From a virus (lineage: Duplodnaviria; Caudoviricetes): 61,555 bases of DNA. Of this stretch, positions 1 through 11,211 are shown piece by piece. Where the stretch lies: positions 1-61,555 of IMG/VR virus record IMGVR_UViG_3300032246_000804; one strand, given 5' to 3'. The position numbers were made by a program, and so were the translations under genes. Under the pieces are notes generated by a model. The model was given only the letters and a program-made list of their open reading frames with translations. It ran no database searches and was not told where the DNA came from. How positions within the stretch are numbered: the first letter of the stretch is position 1; the number at the start of each line of letters is the position of its first letter.

Positions 1-2
1 GT

Positions 3-3000
3 ACGACATGGACAACACAGGGGACATTTGCTCATACAAACGGAACAATAACACCATCTGTTAGTTTTGTAATAACTTCTGGTGCATATACACAAACCGG
101 AACATCCGTATTGAGCGCTGTTCCAACATTTACTCAAACGGCTGGCAATGTTACTTTTAGAAGTACATATTCGTTAACCGCGACTGGAACTTATACATTA
201 ACCGCTGGTACATTAACACTCGGTGGCGATTTAACAACTGGTATATTCAGTTCAACAAATACAAATACCCGTTCAATTGCTTTCAGTACATTCAATATTG
301 TATTGGCACATACGACAGCAGCTCAAACTGTTTTAGGTATGGATAACCTTACAGGGTTTACCTATACTGGTACTGGTGGTTTTACTTCTGCAATGTCTGT
401 AACAAGAACATTCCAGTCTGGTCAAACAGCAGGTGCTACGTCAACAAACGTACCAAATCTTTCACTTATTTCAGGCGCATCGATTCCAACTTTATCGTCA
501 GGTAGTGCTTTTAATAATCTAAACTTTAGTGGAAGTACATGCGCGCCAGCATCGACAACTGTATCTGTTTATGGCGATTTAATATTAGCTAGTGGTGGCA
601 CATATACCACATTTACTGTTAATATGGTTGGTTCATCAGGAAACGTAAATGGTGCTGGATCAACATCGTTACTTGGGTTGGTTATTAACAATACAGGAAC
701 AACAACACTAACAGCAGCTTTGACATTAACTGCACTTGGTGTTACAACATTAACATCAGGAACTTTAAACTTAGGTGGATTTACTTTAACTACAGGTAGA
801 TTTAGTTCCAACGGTACAGGTTTTTCTAGGTCAATCACGTTTGGTACAGCCAACATTATTTTAGCTACTACTGCTGCAGGTGCTGTAAACTTAGATATGG
901 CAGATGCAACTAGTTTTACATATACAAGTAGTGGCACATATGGTTCAGGTACAGGTTGTTTTCAAGCTACAATGAGTGCTACAAGAACGTTCCAGTTTGG
1001 AACATCAGCAGGTGGATCAGCAACAAATGCACCAAGACTTTATTTGGCAAGTGGTGCATCGATTGCAACATTAACAGCAGGTGGTTGGTTTAGTGAGATT
1101 GATTTTGGAACCACTGCTTATACAACAGCTGCAACCAATCTTAACTTAACTTCTTTGAAATCTGATTTAAGTACTAGTGTTCTTACATTACTAACAGCAA
1201 CAATGGTTGCATCTGGTTCTATTCGCACAAGCGCTTCTGCACAAATAGGTCCACTAGTTATTAATACATCTGGTATAACAACAACTCTTGTTGGTACAAC
1301 ACTTTGTACAACTGCTACGTTAACTCTAGGTACACTAGATTTGGCATCTCAAACACTAACATGTTCAAGCACGTTTACATGGAATGGCGGTAGTTTACTT
1401 AATTTTGGTACACTAAATTGTACAACATTTACATTAAATGGACCAACACTTAACTTAACCGCGGGTACTCTTAATCCTTCAACGAGTTTTGTGCTGACAA
1501 CAGGTTCTTTTACTTATGGTGGATCAGCAACATTAGGCGCAACAACAACATTTACACATACTGCTGGCTCAGCAACATTTAATAAGTCTTATGCATTAAA
1601 CACAGTAAGTACATATACGTTAACTTCAGGTAGTTTAACATTAGCAAATGGTGTTACACTATCAACAGGTATATTCAGTTCTAGTAGTGCAGCAACTCGT
1701 TCAATTGCATTTGGTAATACAATAGCTGGAAACATAAATCTTACGCATACCACAGCTGCTACTGTTGTTTTGAGTATGGCAGACCTTACCAATTATTCCT
1801 ATACTGGTCCTGGTGGATTTACAGTTGCTGACATGGGTAATACAAGAACCTTTTCATATGGAAACAGTGTTGGTTCTGCAGCAACAGCAATTAATTTAAC
1901 ATTTACAACAGGTGCTTCTGCTATTACAATCTCCAATGGTAGTTGGTTCAACACGCTTAATTATGGTACAACAACATCTACCTCTACTGGGACGAGCATC
2001 AATATTGTTGGAAGTTTATTATTGAACGGTACATATACCGCAATGACGCTTAGTATGTTAGGTACTGGCAATCTTAGTGGCGGTGCATCTTCTAGCTTAC
2101 TTAATTTAAATATTAATACTACCGGAACCATTACAATGACCGGTAACCTAACGATGTTGGCTACAGGAACAGTAACACTAACACAGGGAAGTTTAGTACT
2201 TAACGGTTTTACACTAACTACAGGTATATTTAACTCTAATGGCACTGGTTTTACAAGATCAGTCAATTTTGGTTCGACAAACATTGTTGTTAGTCATACC
2301 ACGGCAGCAACAGTTGCACTAGCTATAGCTGATGCTACAGGATTTAGTTGGACAGGAACAACAGGTGGATTTGCTAGCAGTTTGGGTGTAACACGTACAT
2401 TTCAATTTGGTTCAACAGCAGGTGGTTCATCATCAAACGCTGTTAATTTATATCTCAATGGCGGTGCAGCAATACCAACTATTACAACAGGCGGTTGGTA
2501 CAATATTCTCGATTTTACAGGTAACGCATCCACACCAGCAATCACAACATTAAATATTGTAGGAAATTTAACATTAGCAACGGGCGGTATATACACTAAC
2601 CTTTCCTTGAATATGTTAGGCACAAGTACAATCACACCAGTCGGCAAAACAATAGCGGCTTTTGTTGTCAACACATCAGGTACTATAACACTTGCTGCAG
2701 CTTTTGGTTGTACTACGTATGCTCAAACATTAGGTACAATGAATTTTGCTACGTTTAACATGACCTGTTCATCAACAGTAATATATACAGGCGGAACATT
2801 ATCAAACATTGGTACACTTACTTGTACATCATTTACAATTAATGGGCCTTCATTTACTTTTTCTAGCGGTACAATAACACCCTCTGTTAGTTTTATTTTA
2901 ACTTCAGGAGCTTTCACATATAGTAGTCCAGCGGTATTGAGTGCAGTATCCACATTTACACAAACAGCAGGTAACGTAACACTAAATCAAGCATACTCCT

Positions 3001-6000
3001 TAACTGCTACAGGTACATATACACATGCATCTGGTGCTTTATCATTAGGTGGAAACTTAACTACAGGTATATTCAATACAAACAGTCAATTGTTTAGGTC
3101 AATTGCTTTTAGTACGTTCAATATTGTTCTTGCTCATACTACAGCAGCACAGACAGTTTTGAATATGCCAGATATAGTTAATTTCTCATATACTGGAACA
3201 GGTGGTTTTACTACTGCAATGAGTGTCACAAGAACATTTACATCTGGTACACAAATGGGTATACCCGGTAGTATAAACTACCTTGGAAACCAATCATCAC
3301 TTATAGCAACAAATCCAGTATTTGCTTTTGGTACAAATATAGATTTCACATGGGAAGCTTGGGTATATACGACTAGTGTTACTGGTGGTGCAATATTTAA
3401 TAATCAAAATTCTGCGGTTGACACCTCAGGTGCATCTGCATTTGTTTCTGGCGGCCAAGCATATTGGTATAATCTAGGACTTAACGCTGGTGCTGGTGGA
3501 ACTTTTGGAACTACAGCAGCTGGTTCTATACCAGACAATACTTGGACTCATGTTGTTTTTCAAAGAAGAGGTACAGATTTTGAAATATACATTAACGGAA
3601 CATTAGCTAGTACATATACACCTTCTAGCCCAATTAACATGGGTGCAAGTTCACAAAGATTTTATATTGGTAGAGATAATAACGTTTTTTACACAGGTAG
3701 AATTACAAATATTCGTGTGGTTAAAAGCGTTGCGGTTTATACAGGTAATTTTACTTCATCAGCAATTCCACTTGCCGCAGCACAATCTTCTGGTACAAAC
3801 ATTAGTGCTCTTACAGGATTCAATACTTCACTGATGTTAAATGCGGCTAGAGGTGCTGCGTTTACAGATTCAAGTATAAATGCATTTGGTTTTACTCAAG
3901 TTGGTTCACCCACTACAAATACTTCTTCACCATTTCCTGATGCTTATTACGGACAATATCCAAATCTTTCACTTACATCTGGAGCATCTGTTTCTACGTT
4001 TAGTACAAGTAGTTTATTTAATACATTGAATTTTACTGGTAGTACTAGTGCTCCAACAGGAAGTGTTTCTATTAATAATCTGACATTAGATACTGCGCCA
4101 TCATATACCAATTTAGGTGTGATATGTGTAGGTACTGGTTCAATTATACAAAATAATAAAACATTATCTTCATTTGAAGTTAAAAATGGTTACGTTGGTG
4201 GTACAGTTACAATAGTAACAAATCCTCTTGCAACAGGCAGTTATACACAAACATCAGGAACAATAGATTTTTCTTCATTGACGTTAACAGTTTCTGGTAC
4301 ATATACTTACGTTGCCGGCACTCAGCTTAACATGTCGATTATAAATTGTGCTACATTAGCAGTTAATGGTACATATAATTTCTCATCAGGAACTGTTAAT
4401 CCATCAACAAGCGTTGTTGTAACTACACCTGGTGCATTTACTTATGGTGGTACAGCAACATTAGGTGCAACACCCACATTTACACACACTTCAGGAACAG
4501 TAACACTAAACAAAGATTATTCTTTAACTGCTACTGGTACATACACACTAACAGCTGGTGCATTGACATTAGGTGGTAATTTAACAACAGGTATATTTGC
4601 TTCTAATAATACCAATGTACGTTCAATTGGATTTAGTACATTCAATATTGTTCTTGCACACACCACAGCAGCAACAGTTGTGTTGAGTATGGCTGATTTG
4701 ACAAACTTTTCTTATACTGGTACTGGTGCTTTTACTTCAACAATGTCTGTTACAAGAACCTTTACTGTTGGAAGTTCTGTGGGTAGTTCAACAACTGCTC
4801 CAAACATATCAATCATATCAGGTGCTTCAATACCAACTTTTGCAAGCGGTAGCTGGATTAATAAATTAGATTTTACTGGAAGCACATGTACACCGGCTGC
4901 CTCAACAGTAAACATTAATAGTTTAACTCTGGCAACAGGTGGAACATATACCAACTTGAGCATTAATACTGTCGGTACTGGCGCAATAATACCTAACGGA
5001 AAAACATTATCTGCATTGGTTGTTAATAACGGAGCAGGAACAACAACACTATCAGGCGCTCTTGGTGTATCAACATATACACAAACAGCTGGCACAATTA
5101 ATTTTGCCTCATTCACTTTAACTTGCAGTAGTACAGTTTTGTTTACGGCAGGAACATTAAGTAATATTGGAACAATCACTTGTACAACATTTAATGTTAA
5201 TGGAACATTTGCTCATTCAACAGGAACAATTACTCCGTCTGTCAGTTTTACCGTAGGTAATAGTGGTTCATACACACAAAGCGGAACATCAGTACTAAGT
5301 TCTGTTGCAACATTCTTACAAAATATAGGTGATGTCACATTCAGAAGTACATATTCACTAACAGCTACAGGAACATACACACTAACAGCTGGTACTTTGA
5401 CATTAGGTGGTAATTTAACAACAGGTATATTCAGCACTGTTGGCTATGTTGGTTATTATTCAATAGCTTTCGGCACATTTAATATTGTATTGGCGCATAC
5501 TACTGCTGGAACAACTGTTCTTAATATGCCAGATTCAAGTCTTCTCACACCAACAGGTAGTGGCGGATTTGTAGCAGATGCATCTATAACAAGAACATTT
5601 ACTTGTGGTACAACAAGTGGTTCTGCAACATCTTCACCTAATTTATCACTAACAGGTAGTGGAACAGCAATAGCAACTTTCACAACAGGTAGTTGGTTCA
5701 ACACTCTTAATTTTGGTACAACAGCTTTTGCAATAGCAACGACTGCTTTGAATTTAAATGGGTTAACATTATCCACTGGTGGAACATATACCAATTTAAC
5801 TCCTACCGCTAGAGGAACAGGAACATTTACTAGCAATGGTAAAAGTCTTTCTACTCTTATAATAAATGCGCCGGCCGCAACTGTTACAACTGCTGATGCA
5901 CTAACAATTACTGGTGCATTGACTTTAACAGCAGGAACATTATCTACCCCATATAATATAACTAGTGCATCATTTGCTAGTTCAGGACCATACGCGCGAT

Positions 6001-7196
6001 CAATTACAGGAACAAGCACTACTTATACAGTTAACGGCGCGGGCGCAACAGCATGGAGCCTTGGCTCAGCAACTGGTAGTTTATCACTAAATGGTTCTCA
6101 ATATGTAAACACACCTACAAGTGCAGCGTTCACACTTGGTACAGGTGATTTTACAATTGAGTATTGGATTTATATGACCAATGTAACAACTACCAAACGT
6201 ATCTGTGGAAATGTTACAGCAGCTGACAATTCGGGATTTGCCATGGATACCAACGGCACTGGTATTAGTATAGGCAGTTGGGCAACAGCTACATATTACA
6301 CAGTGACACCAAGTTTGAGTTCAGTTTTCCTTAATAAATGGGTACATGTTGCCTGGGTAAGAATCAGTGGTGTTGAATACTTGTATTTGAATGGTACACT
6401 ATTGGCTTCAGTCACAAGATCAATAAATTTTTCTGGAACAGGTGGTGTATATCTTGGTGTGGCAGGGGCATTTAATACTAATTTTCCAATGGTAGGAAAT
6501 ATTACTAATTTTCGTGTTGTAAAGGGTGTTGGAGTATATACCGGTAACTTCACATCGCCAACAACACCGTTGTTGATAACACAGAGTGCAGGCACAAACA
6601 TAAGCGCCATTGCCAGTTCACAAACTTCTTTGTTGTTATCAACTCCTTCTACTAATTTTTTAACAGATTACTCAATCAATAACTTTACCTTAACAAACAC
6701 TGGAACAGCAACAGCTAACACACTTTCACCGTTTACGGGATATTCACCGGCGATAACATTTACTGGATTTACAATCAGTATGACTAATGCTGCTGCAAAA
6801 ACATTTGCTGGCGGCGGCGCCACTTACCCAGTGTTAAATCAAGGCGGTTCTGGTCTATTAACTATATCTGATAATAATTCTTTTGCAAATATAACCGCAA
6901 CAACAAGACCTAGTACGATTACATTTACAGCTGGCTCAACACAAACATTTACAGCTTTCACATTATCAGGAACTGCTGGTAATTATGTTACCATTAATAG
7001 TAGTTCTCCGAGTACAAGATTTAATTTGAGTAGTTCGAGCACAGTAAATGTTGATTATTTAAGTATTCAAGATTCTAATGCTACCGGTGGCGGTTCTTGG
7101 TATGCAGGAGCAAATTCAATAAATGCAGGTAATAATCTTGGATGGATATTTACAGTTGCTGTTCAAAACCTTGGTAACTTTTTCCTATTCTTTTAA
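3..7196 (+). CDS. Giant repetitive tail fibre/adhesin-like virion protein with two LamG/ConA-like domains; 5'-truncated by the window edge
   Basis: The frame is open from base 3 (TTWTTQGTFAHTNG...), so TTG at 111 is not the real start. Thr/Gly/Ser-rich repeats (YSLTATGTYTLTAGTLTLGG). LamG-like blocks DFTWEAWVY...WTHVVFQR...GRITNIRVVK and DFTIEYWIY...WVHVAWVR...GNITNFRVVK. Confidence 0.75.
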   Translation, partial: TTWTTQGTFAHTNGTITPSVSFVITSGAYTQTGTSVLSAVPTFTQTAGNVTFRSTYSLTATGTYTLTAGTLTLGGDLTTGIFSSTNTNTRSIAFSTFNIVLAHTTAAQTVLGMDNLTGFTYTGTGGFTSAMSVTRTFQSGQTAGATSTNVPNLSLISGASIPTLSSGSAFNNLNFSGSTCAPASTTVSVYGDLILASGGTYTTFTVNMVGSSGNVNGAGSTSLLGLVINNTGTTTLTAALTLTALGVTTLTSGTLNLGGFTLTTGRFSSNGTGFSRSITFGTANIILATTAAGAVNLDMADATSFTYTSSGTYGSGTGCFQATMSATRTFQFGTSAGGSATNAPRLYLASGASIATLTAGGWFSEIDFGTTAYTTAATNLNLTSLKSDLSTSVLTLLTATMVASGSIRTSASAQIGPLVINTSGITTTLVGTTLCTTATLTLGTLDLASQTLTCSSTFTWNGGSLLNFGTLNCTTFTLNGPTLNLTAGTLNPSTSFVLTTGSFTYGGSATLGATTTFTHTAGSATFNKSYALNTVSTYTLTSGSLTLANGVTLSTGIFSSSSAATRSIAFGNTIAGNINLTHTTAATVVLSMADLTNYSYTGPGGFTVADMGNTRTFSYGNSVGSAATAINLTFTTGASAITISNGSWFNTLNYGTTTSTSTGTSINIVGSLLLNGTYTAMTLSMLGTGNLSGGASSSLLNLNINTTGTITMTGNLTMLATGTVTLTQGSLVLNGFTLTTGIFNSNGTGFTRSVNFGSTNIVVSHTTAATVALAIADATGFSWTGTTGGFASSLGVTRTFQFGSTAGGSSSNAVNLYLNGGAAIPTITTGGWYNILDFTGNASTPAITTLNIVGNLTLATGGIYTNLSLNMLGTSTITPVGKTIAAFVVNTSGTITLAAAFGCTTYAQTLGTMNFATFNMTCSSTVIYTGGTLSNIGTLTCTSFTINGPSFTFSSGTITPSVSFILTSGAFTYSSPAVLSAVSTFTQTAGNVTLNQAYSLTATGTYTHASGALSLGGNLTTGIFNTNSQLFRSIAFSTFNIVLAHTTAAQTVLNMPDIVNFSYTGTGGFTTAMSVTRTFTSGTQMGIPGSINYLGNQSSLIATNPVFAFGTNIDFTWEAWVYTTSVTGGAIFNNQNSAVDTSGASAFVSGGQAYWYNLGLNAGAGGTFGTTAAGSIPDNTWTHVVFQRRGTDFEIYINGTLASTYTPSSPINMGASSQRFYIGRDNNVFYTGRITNIRVVKSVAVYTGNFTSSAIPLAAAQSSGTNISALTGFNTSLMLNAARGAAFTDSSINAFGFTQVGSPTTNTSSPFPDAYYGQYPNLSLTSGASVSTFSTSSLFNTLNFTGSTSAPTGSVSINNLTLDTAPSYTNLGVICVGTGSIIQNNKTLSSFEVKNGYVGGTVTIVTNPLATGSYTQTSGTIDFSSLTLTVSGTYTYVAGTQLNMSIINCATLAVNGTYNFSSGTVNPSTSVVVTTPGAFTYGGTATLGATPTFTHTSGTVTLNKDYSLTATGTYTLTAGALTLGGNLTTGIFASNNTNVRSIGFSTFNIVLAHTTAATVVLSMADLTNFSYTGTGAFTSTMSVTRTFTVGSSVGSSTTAPNISIISGASIPTFASGSWINKLDFTGSTCTPAASTVNINSLTLATGGTYTNLSINTVGTGAIIPNGKTLSALVVNNGAGTTTLSGALGVSTYTQTAGTINFASFTLTCSSTVLFTAGTLSNIGTITCTTFNVNGTFAHSTGTITPSVSFTVGNSGSYTQSGTSVLSSVATFLQNIGDVTFRSTYSLTATGTYTLTAGTLTLGGNLTTGIFSTVGYVGYYSIAFGTFNIVLAHTTAGTTVLNMPDSSLLTPTGSGGFVADASITRTFTCGTTSGSATSSPNLSLTGSGTAIATFTTGSWFNTLNFGTTAFAIATTALNLNGLTLSTGGTYTNLTPTARGTGTFTSNGKSLSTLIINAPAATVTTADALTITGALTLTAGTLSTPYNITSASFASSGPYARSITGTSTTYTVNGAGATAWSLGSATGSLSLNGSQYVNTPTSAAFTLGTGDFTIEYWIYMTNVTTTKRICGNVTAADNSGFAMDTNGTGISIGSWATATYYTVTPSLSSVFLNKWVHVAWVRISGVEYLYLNGTLLASVTRSINFSGTGGVYLGVAGAFNTNFPMVGNITNFRVVKGVGVYTGNFTSPTTPLLITQSAGTNISAIASSQTSLLLSTPSTNFLTDYSINNFTLTNTGTATANTLSPFTGYSPAITFTGFTISMTNAAAKTFAGGGATYPVLNQGGSGLLTISDNNSFANITATTRPSTITFTAGSTQTFTAFTLSGTAGNYVTINSSSPSTRFNLSSSSTVNVDYLSIQDSNATGGGSWYAGANSINAGNNLGWIFTVAVQNLGNFFLFF

Positions 7197-7212
7197 TCAT
7201 ATTTTCTGTCGG

Positions 7213-7219
7213 ATAAATA
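7213..7219 (+). promoter_or_regulatory. T4-type late promoter-like motif (ATAAATA)
   Basis: Near match to TATAAATA about 20 nt upstream of gp13. Confidence 0.5.
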
Positions 7220-7240
7220 GAAGATACTAGGAGTTTCTCA

Positions 7241-8014
7241 ATGCCAACCATAAACAACAGACAAGAATTTATAGATTACTGCCTTCGTAGGTTAGGTGCA
7301 CCTGTTATTGATATTAATATGGATCCAGACCAGATTGAAGATAGAGTCGATGATGCAATTCAATATTGGCAAGATTATCATTTCGATGGAACTCAAAAGT
7401 TTTACTGGATTCATTCTGTAACACAAACAGATATTAACCATCAATATTTGGATGCATCAAATGTAAGAGATGAATCTAACAACCAAATAGAAATTGTTGG
7501 CATTTCTCGTATATTTCCAGTGTCTGACACTCAAGCAAATATCAACATGTTTGACTTGAGATACCAACTTCGTCTAAATGAGTTGTATGACTTTACTTCT
7601 GCATCCTATGTAAATTACACACTGACTCAACAACATTTGCGTTCTTTAGAATTGATGTTCACAGGATCGGTTCCTATTCGTTGGAATAGAATAACTAAAA
7701 GACTTCACATTGACTGGGCTTGGGGAGCACAAGAAGCACCAGCGGGAACAATAGTGGTTGCAGAAGCTTATGGTGGTATTAATCCATCAGTTTATCCTAC
7801 AATCTGGCAAGACCGTTGGTTGAAACTTTATGCGACTGCCCTAATCAAAAGAAATTGGGGAGAAAATATGAAGAAGTTTGGCGGAATCCAATTACCTGGT
7901 GGTATTACTCTGAATGGAAAAGAAGTGTTTGATGAAGCTGTTCAAGAAATAAACCAGTTACACCAAGAGATGGAAACAAATTACGGCGGCCCATTAGAAT
8001 TTATGATGAACTAA
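7241..8014 (+). CDS. gp13: Neck protein gp13
   Basis: YCLRRLGAPVIDIN, YATALIKRNWGENMKKFGGIQLPGGITLNG; T4-like gene order. Confidence 0.92.
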   Translation: MPTINNRQEFIDYCLRRLGAPVIDINMDPDQIEDRVDDAIQYWQDYHFDGTQKFYWIHSVTQTDINHQYLDASNVRDESNNQIEIVGISRIFPVSDTQANINMFDLRYQLRLNELYDFTSASYVNYTLTQQHLRSLELMFTGSVPIRWNRITKRLHIDWAWGAQEAPAGTIVVAEAYGGINPSVYPTIWQDRWLKLYATALIKRNWGENMKKFGGIQLPGGITLNGKEVFDEAVQEINQLHQEMETNYGGPLEFMMN

Positions 8015-8015
8015 T

Positions 8016-8900
8016 ATGGCAACCAGTAAATATTTTAATAATTATAACGCCAAATACAATGAGCAAAGACTCGTTGAGGACTTGATGTCCGAGTCTATTA
8101 AGATTCAGGGCTTTGATGCTTATTACATACCAAATGGAAATGCAGTTTCTAGAGACTTATTGTACGGTGAAGATCCGGTAAAGAAATTCAATTCTGCATC
8201 TCCTGTAGAAATGTATCTTTCTAGTGTTATGGGACATGAGGGCCAAAAAGATTTCTTTTCTAAATTTGGTTTAGAGATTCGTAATCAAGTTCATGTTCTT
8301 GTTTCTCGCAAAGCATTCTATCAAAGAGTTCCACAAACAACATATCTAAGACCTATAGAAGGTGATTTAGTTTATGTTCCATTCTTGAATGGTGGCGGTG
8401 AACTATATGAAATCAAATATGTTGACCAAAACAAAGATGGATTCACATTAGGAAGAAGAAATCCATATTACTATGAGTTGGAAATGGAGAAATTCAAATA
8501 CTCACAAGAAATTATTTCTACTGGTATGGCAAACATAGATGTTGCAGCTTCAGATTCTGCATACACATTACACTTAAATGTTGGCATAGGAACAGGAACT
8601 TACACACTTAAAGAATTAGTGTTCCAGTCGCCAGACAACACTTATGTTAATGCTACAGCAGTTGCAACAGTACAAACTTGGATACCATCTTCTAGTACAT
8701 TATCAGTAATAAATATTGCTGGTGAATTTGTGGATGGTCATGTTATTATTGGCAATTCAAGCAATGCAAGATATTCATTGAGTACATTTAATCCTTTAGA
8801 AAATCCTGCACACTTAGAACCTTATTCAAATAGTTTGTTACAAATTAGTGGAAATACGTATGTAAATATAACAGAAACTAATCCAATTGGTGGTCTATAA
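8016..8900 (+). CDS. gp14: Neck/head-closure protein gp14
   Basis: EQRLVEDLMSESIKIQG, FFSKFGLEIR, PIEGDLVY; follows gp13. Confidence 0.9.
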   Translation: MATSKYFNNYNAKYNEQRLVEDLMSESIKIQGFDAYYIPNGNAVSRDLLYGEDPVKKFNSASPVEMYLSSVMGHEGQKDFFSKFGLEIRNQVHVLVSRKAFYQRVPQTTYLRPIEGDLVYVPFLNGGGELYEIKYVDQNKDGFTLGRRNPYYYELEMEKFKYSQEIISTGMANIDVAASDSAYTLHLNVGIGTGTYTLKELVFQSPDNTYVNATAVATVQTWIPSSSTLSVINIAGEFVDGHVIIGNSSNARYSLSTFNPLENPAHLEPYSNSLLQISGNTYVNITETNPIGGL

Positions 8901-9976
8901 TGGCAAACGTTTTTTACAACAGAATGATAAGAAAATTAACAGTTGCCTTTGGTGACCTGTTTAATAATATTACATTGGTTCGTTATAATCCAGATAACTC
9001 TGAACAAGAACGTTTTATTGTTCCTATCGAATATGCAACAAAAGAACTGTATGTGATGCGTCTTCAAGGTGACCCAAATCTAGATAAAAAAGTTATGATG
9101 ACTTTGCCTAGAATGTCATATGAGATGAACGGTCTAACTTATGATTCATCTAGAAAACAAATAACAAATATAAAATATTTTTCACAAAATGGACTTACAA
9201 CAAATTCTCAATATGTTCCTGTTCCTTATGATTTTGACTTTTCTTTATATCTATATGTAAGAAACATTGAAGATGGTAATCAAATTATTGAACACATATT
9301 ACCTTTCTTTGCACCAGACTATACTATTAAAGTCAACATGATTCCTGAAATGGGCATTGTTAAAGAAGTTCCAATCATATTAAAAGACACGAAATATGAT
9401 GTTACATATGAAGGCGATTACACTTCAGACACCAGAATGGTTGTTTGGACACTAAACTTTACGGTCAAAGGTTTTGTTTTTGGAGCAACTTCAACTGCGA
9501 ATATTATCAAAACATCAATTACCAATATCTATAACAAAATAACAGATAATGATATTGTCACATTTACGTTAGATGCATTAGGAGAAGGTGATTTCAAAAT
9601 TGGTGAGATGGTATATCAAGGTTCTACAGCAGCCGGGTCAATTGCCAATGGAAAAGTTGTATCTTGGGATAGTTTGAACAGAAAATTAACTTTAAATAGT
9701 TTAAATGGAAATTTTATTTCTGGTCAAAAAATGGTTGGTTTGTCAACAAATGCATCTTGGTTATTCATATCTTATACAACTTCACAAATAGAATATGTAA
9801 ATATTACCACAACACCAAATTATGGATCAGCAACAGAAGATTTATATACTGGCGTTGGATCAGAAGATATTATGACAGAAAATAATGCAGAAGATTTATT
9901 GACAGAAACAAACGATAATGGACCTGTCGATCCTTATACTTACAACACTGTTATAACAGAGTATCCAAATACTTAA
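8900..9976 (+). CDS. gp15: Tail sheath stabilizer/tail terminator gp15, with C-terminal extension
   Basis: IRKLTVAFGDLFNNI, LPRMSYEM, QIIEHILPFFAP, WTLNFTVKG. Confidence 0.9.
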   Translation: MANVFYNRMIRKLTVAFGDLFNNITLVRYNPDNSEQERFIVPIEYATKELYVMRLQGDPNLDKKVMMTLPRMSYEMNGLTYDSSRKQITNIKYFSQNGLTTNSQYVPVPYDFDFSLYLYVRNIEDGNQIIEHILPFFAPDYTIKVNMIPEMGIVKEVPIILKDTKYDVTYEGDYTSDTRMVVWTLNFTVKGFVFGATSTANIIKTSITNIYNKITDNDIVTFTLDALGEGDFKIGEMVYQGSTAAGSIANGKVVSWDSLNRKLTLNSLNGNFISGQKMVGLSTNASWLFISYTTSQIEYVNITTTPNYGSATEDLYTGVGSEDIMTENNAEDLLTETNDNGPVDPYTYNTVITEYPNT

Positions 9977-9991
9977 TTCAAAGGTTTAAAA

Positions 9992-10774
9992 ATGGCAAAA
10001 ACATTACAGTTTAAAAGATATACAACAAGCGTTTTAGCAAATACAACAGGTTCTATTGGAGAATTAATTGTAGATACTAATACAAGTACAATCACAGTAC
10101 ATGATGGAATTACAGCTGGCGGAAGATATACAGCAAATGCAATTATGTTGCAAGTTGCATTTAATCAAGCAAACGCTGCATACGCTCTAGCAAATGCAGA
10201 TTTAGCTTATATTACATCAAACGTGGCTTTAATTTTAGGCATAGATAGTACTCAAAATAATACAATTAATTTAGCTTTCACACGAGCCAATGTATCTTTT
10301 ACACAAGCTAACTTGGCATACACACAAGCTAACTTGGCATACACACAAGCTAACTCAGCATCTATAACTTCAAGTAATGCAAATGCTAACGCTATAACAT
10401 CTGGTGTATATGCAAACTCAGCTTTTGCTGCAGCTAATGCAGCAGCAACTATAGTACCACAAAACCCACAAACAACAAACTATGTTTTGCAATTGTCTGA
10501 TGCGGGCAAACACATTTATTATACTCAAGCATCTAATACAACATTGTATATTCCAACATCTTCGAATGTTGCATTTTCAAACGGCACAACAATTATGATT
10601 GTTTCCAAAACAACATCTGGTGCAAATGTAACAGTATCACCAAACACCGGCGTATCATTGTTTCTTGCAGGTAACACAACAAGTGATTCACGAAATGTTA
10701 CTACATATGGTATGGCTACATTAATCCAAGTTGCAGCAAATACATGGTTCATTCAAGGAACTGGAATTTTATAA
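9992..10774 (+). CDS. Short fibre/decoration-like protein with Mtd_N-like N-terminus and heptad stalk
   Basis: LQFKR...GELIVDT...VHDGITAGG N-terminus; Ala/Asn-rich coiled coil; C-terminal YVLQLSDAGK...TWFIQG beta domain. Confidence 0.6.
   Translation: MAKTLQFKRYTTSVLANTTGSIGELIVDTNTSTITVHDGITAGGRYTANAIMLQVAFNQANAAYALANADLAYITSNVALILGIDSTQNNTINLAFTRANVSFTQANLAYTQANLAYTQANSASITSSNANANAITSGVYANSAFAAANAAATIVPQNPQTTNYVLQLSDAGKHIYYTQASNTTLYIPTSSNVAFSNGTTIMIVSKTTSGANVTVSPNTGVSLFLAGNTTSDSRNVTTYGMATLIQVAANTWFIQGTGIL
10301..10355 (+). repeat. 21-bp tandem repeat (about 2.6 copies) encoding TQANLAY heptads
   Basis: ACACAAGCTAACTTGGCATAC twice, plus ACACAAGCTAACT. Confidence 0.9.
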
Positions 10775-10791
10775 TTTTAATATTTTAAACT

Positions 10792-11211
10792 ATGAGTACA
10801 TTTGAAAAAAACATGGAAGAAATATTTGATATTTCTCCTAAGGCAGAACTGCCAATTGTTCCAAAAAAAGAAACACCAGTTTCAACATTAGATTCAAATT
10901 TGGAAGAAGATTTGACGGATGCCTATGAGCAGACTAAAACTAATCTACAAGATTTGATTGACCAAGGTAAAGATGCAATGGAAGAAATACTCCAGATTGC
11001 AAAAGCAGGCCAACATCCAAGGGCGTTTGAAGTTTATGGAACACTACTGAAAAATGTTGTAGATGCAAATAAAGAACTTCTTGCGGTACAGAAACAGATG
11101 CGAGAAATGAACAAACAAAGTCCCGCATCAGGTTCTACACACATAGATAAAGCCATATTTGTTGGTTCTACTTCAGAATTAAACAAGTTAATAAAAGGTA
11201 AGAATGATTAA
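10792..11211 (+). CDS. gp16: Terminase small subunit gp16
   Basis: QHPRAFEVYGTLLK, IFVGSTSELNKLIK; precedes gp17. Confidence 0.92.
   Translation: MSTFEKNMEEIFDISPKAELPIVPKKETPVSTLDSNLEEDLTDAYEQTKTNLQDLIDQGKDAMEEILQIAKAGQHPRAFEVYGTLLKNVVDANKELLAVQKQMREMNKQSPASGSTHIDKAIFVGSTSELNKLIKGKND

Noticed and set aside
569-6610. Many minus-strand Val/Pro-rich ORFs opposite the giant fibre gene, and similar short shadow ORFs throughout the window
   Set aside because: They are antisense or out-of-frame shadows of well-supported genes, with no recognisable motifs.
9992-10774. Mtd_N-like protein as a diversity-generating retroelement target
   Set aside because: No reverse transcriptase and no template/variable repeat pair is visible in the window.
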